From an uncultured Chloroflexia bacterium (GTDB lineage: Bacteria; Chloroflexota; Limnocylindria; Limnocylindrales; CSP1-4), in contig CAVVJT010000007.1 in the NCBI GenBank assembly GCA_963748625.1, forward strand, positions 1,184,001-1,248,000: DNA of 64,000 nucleotides, read 5' to 3'. The notes beneath the pieces were generated by a model, which saw nothing but the letters and a program-made list of their open reading frames with translations, was not told where the DNA came from and searched no databases. Within the stretch, counting starts at the first letter, position 1, and every line of letters begins with the position of its first letter. Shown piece by piece: positions 8,345 to 17,474 of this stretch. A program made the position numbers and the translations under genes.

Positions 8345-9895
8345 CTACCGCCACAGGGACTGGGCGACGGGGGCGGCCTGTTGGACGAATTCGAGCGTCG
8401 TCTCGACCGAGCCTTGGATCAAGTCCAGGATGAGACCCGGCCAGAGGCCGAAGATCACGACGAGGGCTCCGAGCGGGACCAGGGTCAACGCCTCGACCGG
8501 CCGCATGTCGGTGAGGTGGGACCCCAAGCCCTTGAGGAAGTCCGATAGTTCGCCGAATGCCACGCGCTGGAACATCCAGAGCAGGTAGCCCGCGGCGAAG
8601 ATCATCACGAAGGTGGCAATCAGAGCCGCCAACTGGTTGGCCTCGAAGGTGCCGACCAGGGTCAGGAACTCGCCGACGAACCCGGACAGGCCCGGCAGGC
8701 CGACCGAGGCGAAGACGAAGAACCCGAACGCCGCGGCGAACACTGGGGTCTTCGACCCGAGGCCACCCATCTTGGCGATGGTGCGGTCATGCGTGCGCTC
8801 GTAGATCACGCCCACGAGGAGGAACAGGGCGCCGGTGATGAGACCGTGGTTGACCATCTGCAGGATCGCGCCCTGGAGGCCCTGTTCCGTGAAGACGAAG
8901 ATGCCCAGCGTCACGAAGCCCATGTGGGACACGGACGAGTAGGCGACCAGCTTCTTGAGGTCCGGCTGGACCAGTGCCACGATCGCGCCGTAGATGATGC
9001 CGATCAGCGAGAGGACGATGATGACCGGCGCCCAGCTGTGGGCGGCCTCGGGGAACAGCGGCAGCGCGAAGCGGATGAAGCCGTAGCCGCCCAGCTTGAG
9101 CAGGACACCGGCCAGGATCACCGAGCCCGCCGTGGGCGCCTCGACGTGGGCGTCGGGCAGCCAGGTGTGGAACGGGAACATCGGGACCTTGATCGCGAAG
9201 GCGAGGAAGAACGCGCCGAAGGCGACCAGGCCGAAGGTGCCGCCGAAGGCGCCGGTCTGTGCGAACGAGGTCAGGTTGGTGACGCTGAAGGCGCCGTCCC
9301 AGGTCCCCGTCGTCGCCTGGTAGGTGTAGGCGCAGGCCAGGATCGCGACCAGCATCAGCAGCGAGCCGACGAGGGTGTACAGGACGAACTTGATCGTGGC
9401 GTAGATGCGGTTCTTGCCGCCCCAGATGCCGATGAGCAGGTACATCGGGACCAGGACCAGCTCCCAGAAGATGTAGAACAGGAACAGGTCCAGGGCGACG
9501 AACACGCCGATCATGCCCACCTCGAGGACCAGGAAGGAGACCATGTACTCCTTGACCCGGTTCTGGATGGGACCGAACGACGCAAGGATGCTGATCCAGG
9601 TGAGGGTCGTCGTCAGGACGACGAGCACGATCGACAGCCCGTCAACGCCCACGGCGTAGTTGATCCCGAACATCGGGATCCACGGGATGCTCTCCATGAA
9701 CTGGTAGCCGGGTGTGCCCGCCACGAAGGCGGCGAGCATCAGGAGCGAGGCGACCCAGGCCGCCAGCGCGAAGCCGAGGGCCGTGTAGCGCGCTGCGTTG
9801 GGCCGGCTCGAGGGCGTGAACGCGACAACGAGCGCGCCCAGGAGCGGCAGGAACGTGACGAGGGTCACGAGCGGGAGCGAGGTCAGCGCGCTCAT
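8345..9895 (-). CDS. nuoM: NADH-quinone oxidoreductase subunit M
   Basis: FYIFWE, KVPMFPFHTWLPDAHVEAP, KKLVAYSSVSHMG; ATG at 9895 overlaps the nuoL stop. Confidence 0.95.
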   Translation of the reverse strand: MSALTSLPLVTLVTFLPLLGALVVAFTPSSRPNAARYTALGFALAAWVASLLMLAAFVAGTPGYQFMESIPWIPMFGINYAVGVDGLSIVLVVLTTTLTWISILASFGPIQNRVKEYMVSFLVLEVGMIGVFVALDLFLFYIFWELVLVPMYLLIGIWGGKNRIYATIKFVLYTLVGSLLMLVAILACAYTYQATTGTWDGAFSVTNLTSFAQTGAFGGTFGLVAFGAFFLAFAIKVPMFPFHTWLPDAHVEAPTAGSVILAGVLLKLGGYGFIRFALPLFPEAAHSWAPVIIVLSLIGIIYGAIVALVQPDLKKLVAYSSVSHMGFVTLGIFVFTEQGLQGAILQMVNHGLITGALFLLVGVIYERTHDRTIAKMGGLGSKTPVFAAAFGFFVFASVGLPGLSGFVGEFLTLVGTFEANQLAALIATFVMIFAAGYLLWMFQRVAFGELSDFLKGLGSHLTDMRPVEALTLVPLGALVVIFGLWPGLILDLIQGSVETTLEFVQQAAPVAQSLWR

Positions 9896-11952
9896 CGGGG
9901 CTGCCCCACGATCCACAGGAAGGAGACCGCCATCACGATCAGGCCGACCGCGATGCCCAGGGCGTAGTTCTGCACCCGCCCCGTCTGGATCCTCCGCAAG
10001 CCTCCGCCTGCGTCCCTGGTCACGCTGCCCACGCCGTTGACGGTGCCGTCCACGATCGCGCGGTCGAACCACCAGAGGAACGCGGCGACGCGGCCGCCGA
10101 TCCGGATGAAGAGCAGGTCATTGAGCTCGTCGAACCACCACTTGTTGAGGGAGGCGCGGTAGAGGAAGCGGGTGCCGCTGTTGCGGGCCACGATCGCGTC
10201 GACCTTCGCCTGCTTCACTGGCCGCTTGAAGATGCCGAACAGGTAGATGCCGACGGAGATGCCGAGGGCCGCCGCGGCGACCGAGATCAGCACGAGAACG
10301 CCGTCGATGCCCATCAGCGCGAACGCCTCGGGCGTGCCGTGGAGGTACTCCTCGGCCTCGTGGAACACCGGCTCGAGCCAGCCGACGATCGTGCTCTCCT
10401 GGCCCAGGAACAGCGCGCCGCCGAGGACCAGGCCCAGGAGCATCGAGGGGATGGCGAGCAGGATCAGCGGGACGGTCATCCACTTGCTGCTCTCATGGAT
10501 GTGCGGTTCGACCGCCGGATCCACGCGGGACTCGCCGTAGAAGGTCTTGCCCATGAGGCGCCACATGTAGAACGCGGTCATGACCGCGACCGTCACGCCG
10601 ATGGCCCAGACCCACTGGAAGCCGAACTTGAACGCCTCGCCCAGGATCTCGTCCTTCGAGAAGAAGCCCGCGAAGGGCGGGATGCCGGCGATCGCGATCG
10701 TGCCGATCAGCATCGTCCAGTGGGTGATCGGGATCTTCCTCCACAGGCCGCCCATCCGGTTCATGTCCTGCTCGTCGTGGACCGCGTGGATCACGGAGCC
10801 GGACCCGAGGAACAGCAGGCCCTTGAAGAAGCCATGGGTCATCAGGTGGAAGATCGCCGGGATGAACGCGCCCACGCCGAGCCCGGAGAACATCAGGCCC
10901 AGCTGGGACAGCGTGGAGTACGCGAGCACGCGCTTGATGTCCGTCTGGGTGAAGGCGATCGACGCAGCGAGGATCGCGGTGAAGATGCCGATCGCGGCCA
11001 CCACCACCATGGCGTCCTGCGCGTGGGCGAACAGCAGGTTGGAGCGGGCGACGAGATAGACGCCCGCGTTGACCATCGTTGCGGCGTGGATCAGGGCAGA
11101 GACCGGGGTGGGACCCTCCATCGCGTCCGGCAGCCAGACGTGGAGCGGGAACTGGGCCGACTTGCCCATCGCGCCCGCGAAGACCAGCAGCGCCACGATC
11201 GTGAGCGGCACCACGTTCTCCGCGCCCGTCTCGGTCATGAGCTTGATGCTGTCCTGGATGTTCAGCGTGCCGGTGTTCACGAAGATCGCCATGATCCCAA
11301 GCGCGAACCCGACGTCACCGACGCGGTTGACGATGAAGGCTTTCTTCGCGGCAAGGGCCGCAGACCGCTTGTGGTACCAGAACCCGATCAGGGAGTAGCT
11401 CGACAGGCCCACCAGCTCCCAGCCCGCGAAGACCAGCACCCAGTTGTTGGCCAGGGTGAGCACGAGCATCGAGAACATGAACAGGTTCAGGTAGGCGAAG
11501 AAGCGCCAGGCCGCCTTGTCGTGCGCCATGTACCCGACCGAGTAGATGTGCACGAGCATGCCGATCGTGGTGACCACGATCAGGAGGGCGGCGGTGAGGG
11601 CGTCGACATGGAAGCCGAGCTCGACCTGGAACGAGCCCGCCGGGATCCATGTCCAGAGCATCACGTCGAGACCCTGCTCGCCGAAGGGCTCCATGTGGTT
11701 CAGGGCGGGCCAGACCACGGCCATCGTGATCAGCCACACGGCGATCACGACCAGGACCGGGACGGCCTCAGCCGCGCCGCGCCCCCACTTCGCCTGCAGC
11801 CGGCGCCCGAACAGCGCGGTGAAGGCGAAGCCGAGGATCGGCAGCAGCGCGATGAGCGGGATCAGGATCCCGTAGATGCCGGGATCGGCGGATGCGCCGC
11901 CTTCGACGGCGGTCTCCGTGGAGGCGAGGATGAGGCTCGGGAGGAAGTGCAT
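9892..11952 (-). CDS. nuoL: NADH-quinone oxidoreductase subunit L
   Basis: GKSAQFPLHVWLPDAMEGPTPVSALIHAATMV, NRVGD, QTGRVQNY. Confidence 0.95.
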   Translation of the reverse strand: MHFLPSLILASTETAVEGGASADPGIYGILIPLIALLPILGFAFTALFGRRLQAKWGRGAAEAVPVLVVIAVWLITMAVVWPALNHMEPFGEQGLDVMLWTWIPAGSFQVELGFHVDALTAALLIVVTTIGMLVHIYSVGYMAHDKAAWRFFAYLNLFMFSMLVLTLANNWVLVFAGWELVGLSSYSLIGFWYHKRSAALAAKKAFIVNRVGDVGFALGIMAIFVNTGTLNIQDSIKLMTETGAENVVPLTIVALLVFAGAMGKSAQFPLHVWLPDAMEGPTPVSALIHAATMVNAGVYLVARSNLLFAHAQDAMVVVAAIGIFTAILAASIAFTQTDIKRVLAYSTLSQLGLMFSGLGVGAFIPAIFHLMTHGFFKGLLFLGSGSVIHAVHDEQDMNRMGGLWRKIPITHWTMLIGTIAIAGIPPFAGFFSKDEILGEAFKFGFQWVWAIGVTVAVMTAFYMWRLMGKTFYGESRVDPAVEPHIHESSKWMTVPLILLAIPSMLLGLVLGGALFLGQESTIVGWLEPVFHEAEEYLHGTPEAFALMGIDGVLVLISVAAAALGISVGIYLFGIFKRPVKQAKVDAIVARNSGTRFLYRASLNKWWFDELNDLLFIRIGGRVAAFLWWFDRAIVDGTVNGVGSVTRDAGGGLRRIQTGRVQNYALGIAVGLIVMAVSFLWIVGQPR

Positions 11953-11964
11953 CTCGATCCCCGC

Positions 11965-12297
11965 CTACTGCCGCATCGCGTCGTACTCGTCGACGAGCGG
12001 CGTCTTCTTGTTGCGGTAGATCGCGATCACGATGGCCAGGCCCACCGTCGCCTCGGCGGCTGCGGCCGCCATCACGACGAGGGCGATGACCGAGGCGTCC
12101 ACGTTCAGCGACAGGCTGAAGGCGCCGAAGGCGATGATCGCGAGGTTGACGGCGTTGAGCATCAGCTCGATCGACATCAGCATGCTGATCGCGTTGCGCC
12201 GCGCCAGGAAGCCGAAGGTGCCGATCGCGAACAGGAGGCCCGCGAGGACCAGGTACGCGTCGAGGCTCTGGCTGATCCCGTCGAGGAAGGAGAGCAT
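11965..12297 (-). CDS. nuoK: NADH-quinone oxidoreductase subunit K
   Basis: RRNAISMLMSIELMLNAVN, AAAEATVGLAI. Confidence 0.95.
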   Translation of the reverse strand: MLSFLDGISQSLDAYLVLAGLLFAIGTFGFLARRNAISMLMSIELMLNAVNLAIIAFGAFSLSLNVDASVIALVVMAAAAAEATVGLAIVIAIYRNKKTPLVDEYDAMRQ

Positions 12298-12833
12298 CAG
12301 TCGGTGCCCCCCTTCTCGCGCTTGGCGATGAAGATCCCGCCGATCACGGCCGAGAGGAGCAGGACGCTCACGACCTCGAACGGGAGGACGTAGCCGTCGA
12401 AGAGGCGGGTCGCGAGCTCCACGGTGTTCGTCCAGATCCGGGCGCCGGACTCCGGCCACTCGGTGGAGGCGACCACCACCGCGATGAGGATCGCGAGCAC
12501 CGCGGATGCGATCGCGGCCGGGAACCACTGGGTCTGGAAGACCAGCTCCCTGGGGCCGGCCTTGGACTGGGTCAGCATGATCGCGAACAGGACCAGCACG
12601 CTGATGGCGCCGATGTAGACGAGCACCTGCGTCGCGGCCACCACGGGGGCCCCCGCCAGCACGTAGAGCCCGGCCAGCGCGGCGAAGCAGATGATCATCG
12701 CCAGGCCGCAGCGGATGATGTCGCGCATGGCGACAACCAGGATGGCCGAGCCGACCATGATGGCCGCCAAGGTCATGAACAGGAGGTCATCCCAAGCGAA
12801 CCCCAGCAGCGGGATCGTCTCCGGCAGCGTCAC
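12297..12833 (-). CDS. nuoJ: NADH-quinone oxidoreductase subunit J
   Basis: QVLVYIGAISVLVLFAIML, YVLPFEVVSVLLL. Confidence 0.93.
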   Translation of the reverse strand: MTLPETIPLLGFAWDDLLFMTLAAIMVGSAILVVAMRDIIRCGLAMIICFAALAGLYVLAGAPVVAATQVLVYIGAISVLVLFAIMLTQSKAGPRELVFQTQWFPAAIASAVLAILIAVVVASTEWPESGARIWTNTVELATRLFDGYVLPFEVVSVLLLSAVIGGIFIAKREKGGTD

Positions 12834-12842
12834 GCGTCCCTC

Positions 12843-15471
12843 TCAGCGTTCGTGGGCGTGGCTCGACCCGTTGCCGGAGTCGTGGCCATTGCCGTTCCCG
12901 AGCGAGGCAGGCAGGACGGGGAGCAGCCGGGCCTGGTCGATGGTTCGACCCTCGGCCCGGGCACGCTCGGCCCAGTCGCGCTCGCGGCGGATGTAGCTCA
13001 TCTCTGTCTCGCGCTCCACCGAGGCCAGGGCGAGCAGGTCGATCATCGGCTCCTCGCGGCTGACGTGGGCAAGCTCGAACTGGTCCGAATCGCGGACGGC
13101 GTCGTACGGGCAGGCGTCGACGCAGATGCCGCACAGGATGCAGCGGCTCTCGTCGACGTCGTACTTCTGCAGCACCCGGGGCTTGGGCATCAGCGCCCCC
13201 GTGGGGCACGTCTCGGCACAGCGGCCGCAGGACACGCACGGCGTGTCGTTGAGGCTCATGTCGAGCGGCGTCGTCACCAGGGTGTCGAAGCCGATCCGCA
13301 TGAAGTCGTAGCAGGCGGCGCCCACCACCTCTGCGCAGACGTTGGCGCAGCGGCCGCAGTCGATGCAGCGCGAGGGCTCGCGGAGGATGAAGGCGTGGGA
13401 GTCGTCGCGGACGTAGTCGTGGTTGACGCCGGTGAAGCGGTTCTCGGTGACCGAGCGGTACCCGGCGCCCTGGTGGTAGCCCTTCTCCAGGGACTTGAGC
13501 GTGGTCCCGTACTCGATGCCCAGGCGGCGCAGGTCGCAGAAGCCAATCGCCTCGCAGGTGCACTGCAGGCAGCGGGTGGACTCCTTGATGGCCTCGTCGC
13601 GGGTGTACGGAATCTCGTACTCGACGTACGTGGTCTTGACCTCTTCGAGGTCCAGGGCCTTGAGGCGGTAGCGCGGCTCCTTCGGCTCGCCGGTGAACGG
13701 CACGATCGAGAGGAACTCCGGCTGCGGCTCGGCCAGCGTCTGGCGGGTCCGGATGGCGGCGAGGTCGTTGCCCTTGAGGTAGGCGTCCACCGCGTAGGCG
13801 GCACGCCGACCCTCGGCGATGGCCTGGACCACGGTCGCGGCGCCGATTCGCACGTCGCCGGCGCCGAAGACGCCGGGGCGGCCGGTCTCGAAGGTGACCG
13901 CGTCGGCCTGGAGCCGGCGGTTCTTCGTGGCCGCGATCCCGCCGGACCCGTTGCCGAGCCAGCGCAGGTCGGGGCCCTGGCCGATCGCGAGCATGACGCG
14001 GTCGCAGGGGATGGTGAACTCGGTGCCGGCGGCGGGCTCGGGGCGGCGGCGACCGGACGCGTCGGGCTCGCCCAGCTGCATCCGGATGAACTCGATGCCC
14101 TCCACCTTGCCGCTCTCGCCCACGATCACGCGGGTGGGGCCGGCCTGGAAGATGGCGACGACGCCCTCATCGAGCGCCTCGTGGACCTCGGAGGCCGCCG
14201 GCATGTCCTTCATGTCGCGCCGGTAGACCAGCGTGACCTCGGGGCTGCCCTGGCGGATGGAGGTGCGCACGGTGTCCATCGCGGAGAAGCCACCGCCGAC
14301 CACCACGACGCGGGCCTTGTCATGGCCCGGGTACGGGAGGCCCAGGGTGGCGGTGCGCAGGTAGTCGAGGGCGTCGATGACGCCGTCCGCGTCCTCGCCC
14401 GGGATGCCGAGCTTGTTCGTGTCGTAGCAGCCGATGGCGACCACGACCGCGTCGAAGCCCTGGTGCTGCAGGTCCTCGACCGTGAAGTCCTTGCCCAGCT
14501 CCTGGTTGCAGCGCATCTTCCCACCGAGGCGGGTGACGGACTCGTACTCAGCCTCGAGGACCTCGACCTTGGGCAGGCGGTACTGCGGGATGCCGTACCG
14601 GAGCATGCCGCCCGGCGCAGGGTCACGCTCGAAGACGGTCACTTCGTGGCCCGAGAGCAGGAGGTAGAAGGCGGCCGACATGCCGGCGGGTCCGGAGCCG
14701 ATGACGGCGGCGCGGCGGCCGGACGGGGCCTGCTTCTCGAAGGGGAGCGGGGGATCGACGTTCTCGTCGTGCATGGCGCGCAGGACCTGGTCGCCGGCGT
14801 ACCGGTGGCTGTCGCGGATCGCGATCGCCTCGTCGACCTCGTCGCGCCGGCAGTGCTCCTCGCACGGGGCGGGACAGACGCGGCCGAGCACGCTGGGGAA
14901 CGGGATGGTGCGCTTGAAGATCCGCACCGACTCGCGCCAGTTCGCCTCGGCGTTCGCCTTGAGGAAGCCCGGGATGTCGATGTGGCTGGGGCACTTGTTC
15001 TGGCAGGGCGGCAGGCAGTACGCGTTGTGGTCCGAGAAGATCAGCTCGAGGTTGGTCTTGCGGATCCGGCGCAGCTCGTCGGTCTGGGTCTGGACCTTCA
15101 TCTCGGGCTCGGCCAGGCGCGAGCAGGAGATCGGCGGCTGGTCCTCGCCCTCCACCTCGACCACGCACATCCGGCAGGCACCGAAGCCCGGCAGCTTGGG
15201 CTCGTAGCAGAGGGTGGGGATCTCGATGCCGTTGTCACGGCAGACCTCGAGGATCGTCTGGCCCTCGAAGCCCTCGATCAGGCGGCCGTCCACCTCGAGG
15301 CGGATGCGCGGCGTGCTCTGGGGCCGCTGCGGGCTCTGCGTGGTGATGAACCGCTCCGCGAGGGAGTCCTCGCTGCGGCGTGATGGTGTCCAGGGTGGCC
15401 GGCTGGTCGGGCCGGACCTCCTTGTTGCGGGTCGCGGGGACGTCCTGGGGACGAACGATGAGGTCGGCCAT
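12843..15471 (-). CDS. NuoG-N / GltD-like FAD-NADPH iron-sulfur flavoprotein fused to the C-terminal half of NuoI (apparent frameshift near 15375; main frame 12843-15293)
   Basis: 2Fe-2S motif IPTLC...GACRMC...SC; GltD Fe-S motifs PCQNKCP and VCPAPCEEHCRR; GSGPAG FAD motif; GGGFSAMD...VYRR NADPH motif; three CxxCxxCxxxC motifs, the last followed by NuoI-like FELA..SR. Confidence 0.85.
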
Positions 15472-16809
15472 CAGCGGGCTCCTGCTGCCGTCGCACCGGC
15501 GCCCATCGCGATCGGCGTACAGACGCCGGCCGGGCAGGTGGAGCGAACAAGGTGGTCGTCGAGCTCGGAGCGGAAGTGGCGCATGGCGCTGGTGAACGCC
15601 AGGGTGGCCTTGCGCTCGTGGTCGCAGAGCGCGGAGGCCGAGATGTCGTGGGCGAGGTCCTCGAGCAGGACCGCGTCGTTGGCGCGCGGGGTGCCCGCCG
15701 CGATCCGGTCGCCGATCTCCGAGAGACGGCGCAGGCCGATGCGGCACGGGATGCTCTTCCCGCAGGCGTTGTCGGCGGAGAAGCGGGTCAGGAGCCGGGC
15801 GAGGTCGACGACACAGGCCCGGTCGTCCGCGATCACCACGGAGCCGGAGCCGACGTGCGCGCCGGCGGCCTCGAGCGAGGCGTAGTCGTAGGGGGTGTCC
15901 AGGAGGTCGGCCGGGAGGAGCCCGCCCGTGGAGCCGCCGACCAGGACCGCCTTGAGCGGGCGCCCGCCGGTGCCGCCCGGCAGCGGCCACGAGGTCACGT
16001 AGCGGGGTGCCCAGGGCCACCTCGACGATGCCGCCGCCCTGCGGGCCACGGACCGCGACGAGCGTGGTGCCCGGCGAGCCAGGGATGCCGATGGCCGAGT
16101 ACGCCTCACCGCCCAGCCGCACGATCCAGGGGACCGCGGCGAGCGTGAGGATGTTGTGGACAAGGGTGGGCTTGTCGAACAGGCCGCGCTCGGTGGGGTA
16201 GGGCGGCTTCTGCTCGGGCTGGCCGCGCTTGCCCTCGAGGGCCTTGAGCAGGACCGTCTCCTCGCCCAGCATGTAGGCCCCCTGGAGGCCGCGGACCGTC
16301 ACGTTGACCGTGTGCCCGGAACCCAGGATGTCCTCGCCCAGGAGGTTCGCCTCCTCGGCCGCCTGGACCGCGCCCTCGAGCATGGCCACAAGCCCCGCGT
16401 CCTCGCCGCGGACGACGAGGATCGCCTCCGTGGCGCCGACGGCGTAGGCCGCGATCACGAGGCCCTCGATGACGAGGTACGGGTCGGCGGTGAGCAGCGC
16501 CTGGTCGATGCGGACCGACGGGTCGGCGCCGTAGCCGTTGGCGACCACGTAGCGCTGGACGGGGCCGGACTCGGCGACCGCGCGCCACTTGTCGGCGGCG
16601 GGGTAGCCGGCGCCGCCGCGGCCGCGCAGCCCGGCGGCCCGGATGGTCGCCATCGTGGTGGTGCCGCCATCGCGGACGGCCTTGCGCAGGCCCTCGAACG
16701 CGCCCGCCTTGACGGCGGCGTCCAGGTCGGCCGGGTTGGCCTTGAGCGTCTCCATGCGGCCGGTGAGGACCGCGGGCGTGCCGGCCTTGGCGGGGAGGAA
16801 GGTGGTCAT
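15471..16809 (-). CDS. NuoF/HydB-like flavoprotein, degenerate, with a +1 frameshift near 15978
   Basis: GLRGRGGAGYP, GAYMLGEET, LEGKRGQP..KPPYP, GSGSVVI, CGKSIPCR, CPAGVC; two overlapping ORFs join at gccgggcggc. Confidence 0.85.
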
Positions 16810-17471
16810 CAGCTCGCCTTGCCCCCGTAGCCGAGCGACGCGTCGAGCGCCGAGCGGAAGCGGTCCTCGGCCACGACCTGCGCGGTGCCGGCCGCGGGTG
16901 CGGTCGCGACGGCCGGCGGCTCGAAGCGGAGGTGCCGGTAGTAGGTCGCGGTGCCGTAGATCATCGCGTACCAGGCGCCCGTGGCGCGGGAGATGTGCTT
17001 GAGCGCGGCCACCGGCAGGTAGCCGTACTCGGCCTGCGTCTCGTCGAGGATCGCGAGCATCTCCTTGGGGTCCCAGTCATGGGCCTCGAGGATCGCGTCG
17101 AGCGGGGCGATGTCGATGCCGTCGAAGCGGGTGTACGCCATGTCGGCAACCGGGCGGCCGGAGCGGCGCAGCGCGGACTCCTCGCGGCGCTCGCCGTAGG
17201 TCTCGGATGCGCCCCAGTGGACGTGGAACCGGCCCTTGGTGTCCACGCCGCCCATGTCGATGCACTCGATCGGACAGGCCTGGGCGCACTGGAAGCAGGT
17301 CTCGCACTTGAGCGAGCCGTACTCGTCGTACAGGAGCTGCAGGCGGCCGCGGAACTTGGGCGCGACGTCCGCCTTCTCCTCGGGCCACTTGATGGTCGCC
17401 TTCGGCTGGAAGAAGCGGCGCAGCGTCAGGCTCATGCCGCGGACGAGACCGATGCCGGGGATCGTGTTCAT
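16809..17471 (-). CDS. Fusion of the NuoI N-terminal half and a NuoE N-terminal helical domain
   Basis: TIKWPEEK...FRGRLQL...CETCFQCAQACPIECI (a single cluster motif), then LAILDETQAEYGYLP...IYGTATYY..LR (NuoE-N); no Cys afterwards. Confidence 0.85.
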   Translation of the reverse strand: MNTIPGIGLVRGMSLTLRRFFQPKATIKWPEEKADVAPKFRGRLQLLYDEYGSLKCETCFQCAQACPIECIDMGGVDTKGRFHVHWGASETYGERREESALRRSGRPVADMAYTRFDGIDIAPLDAILEAHDWDPKEMLAILDETQAEYGYLPVAALKHISRATGAWYAMIYGTATYYRHLRFEPPAVATAPAAGTAQVVAEDRFRSALDASLGYGGKAS

Positions 17472-17474
17472 CGG

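Noticed and set aside
6862-11952. 2M-type complex I with a duplicated nuoM
   Set aside because: Only one each of nuoL, nuoM and nuoN is present.
12843-16809. Intact electron-bifurcating HydABC/Stn-type enzyme, or a glutamate synthase
   Set aside because: The B-subunit ferredoxin domain and C-subunit [2Fe-2S] domain are missing, the NADH motifs are degenerate, and there is no gltB.
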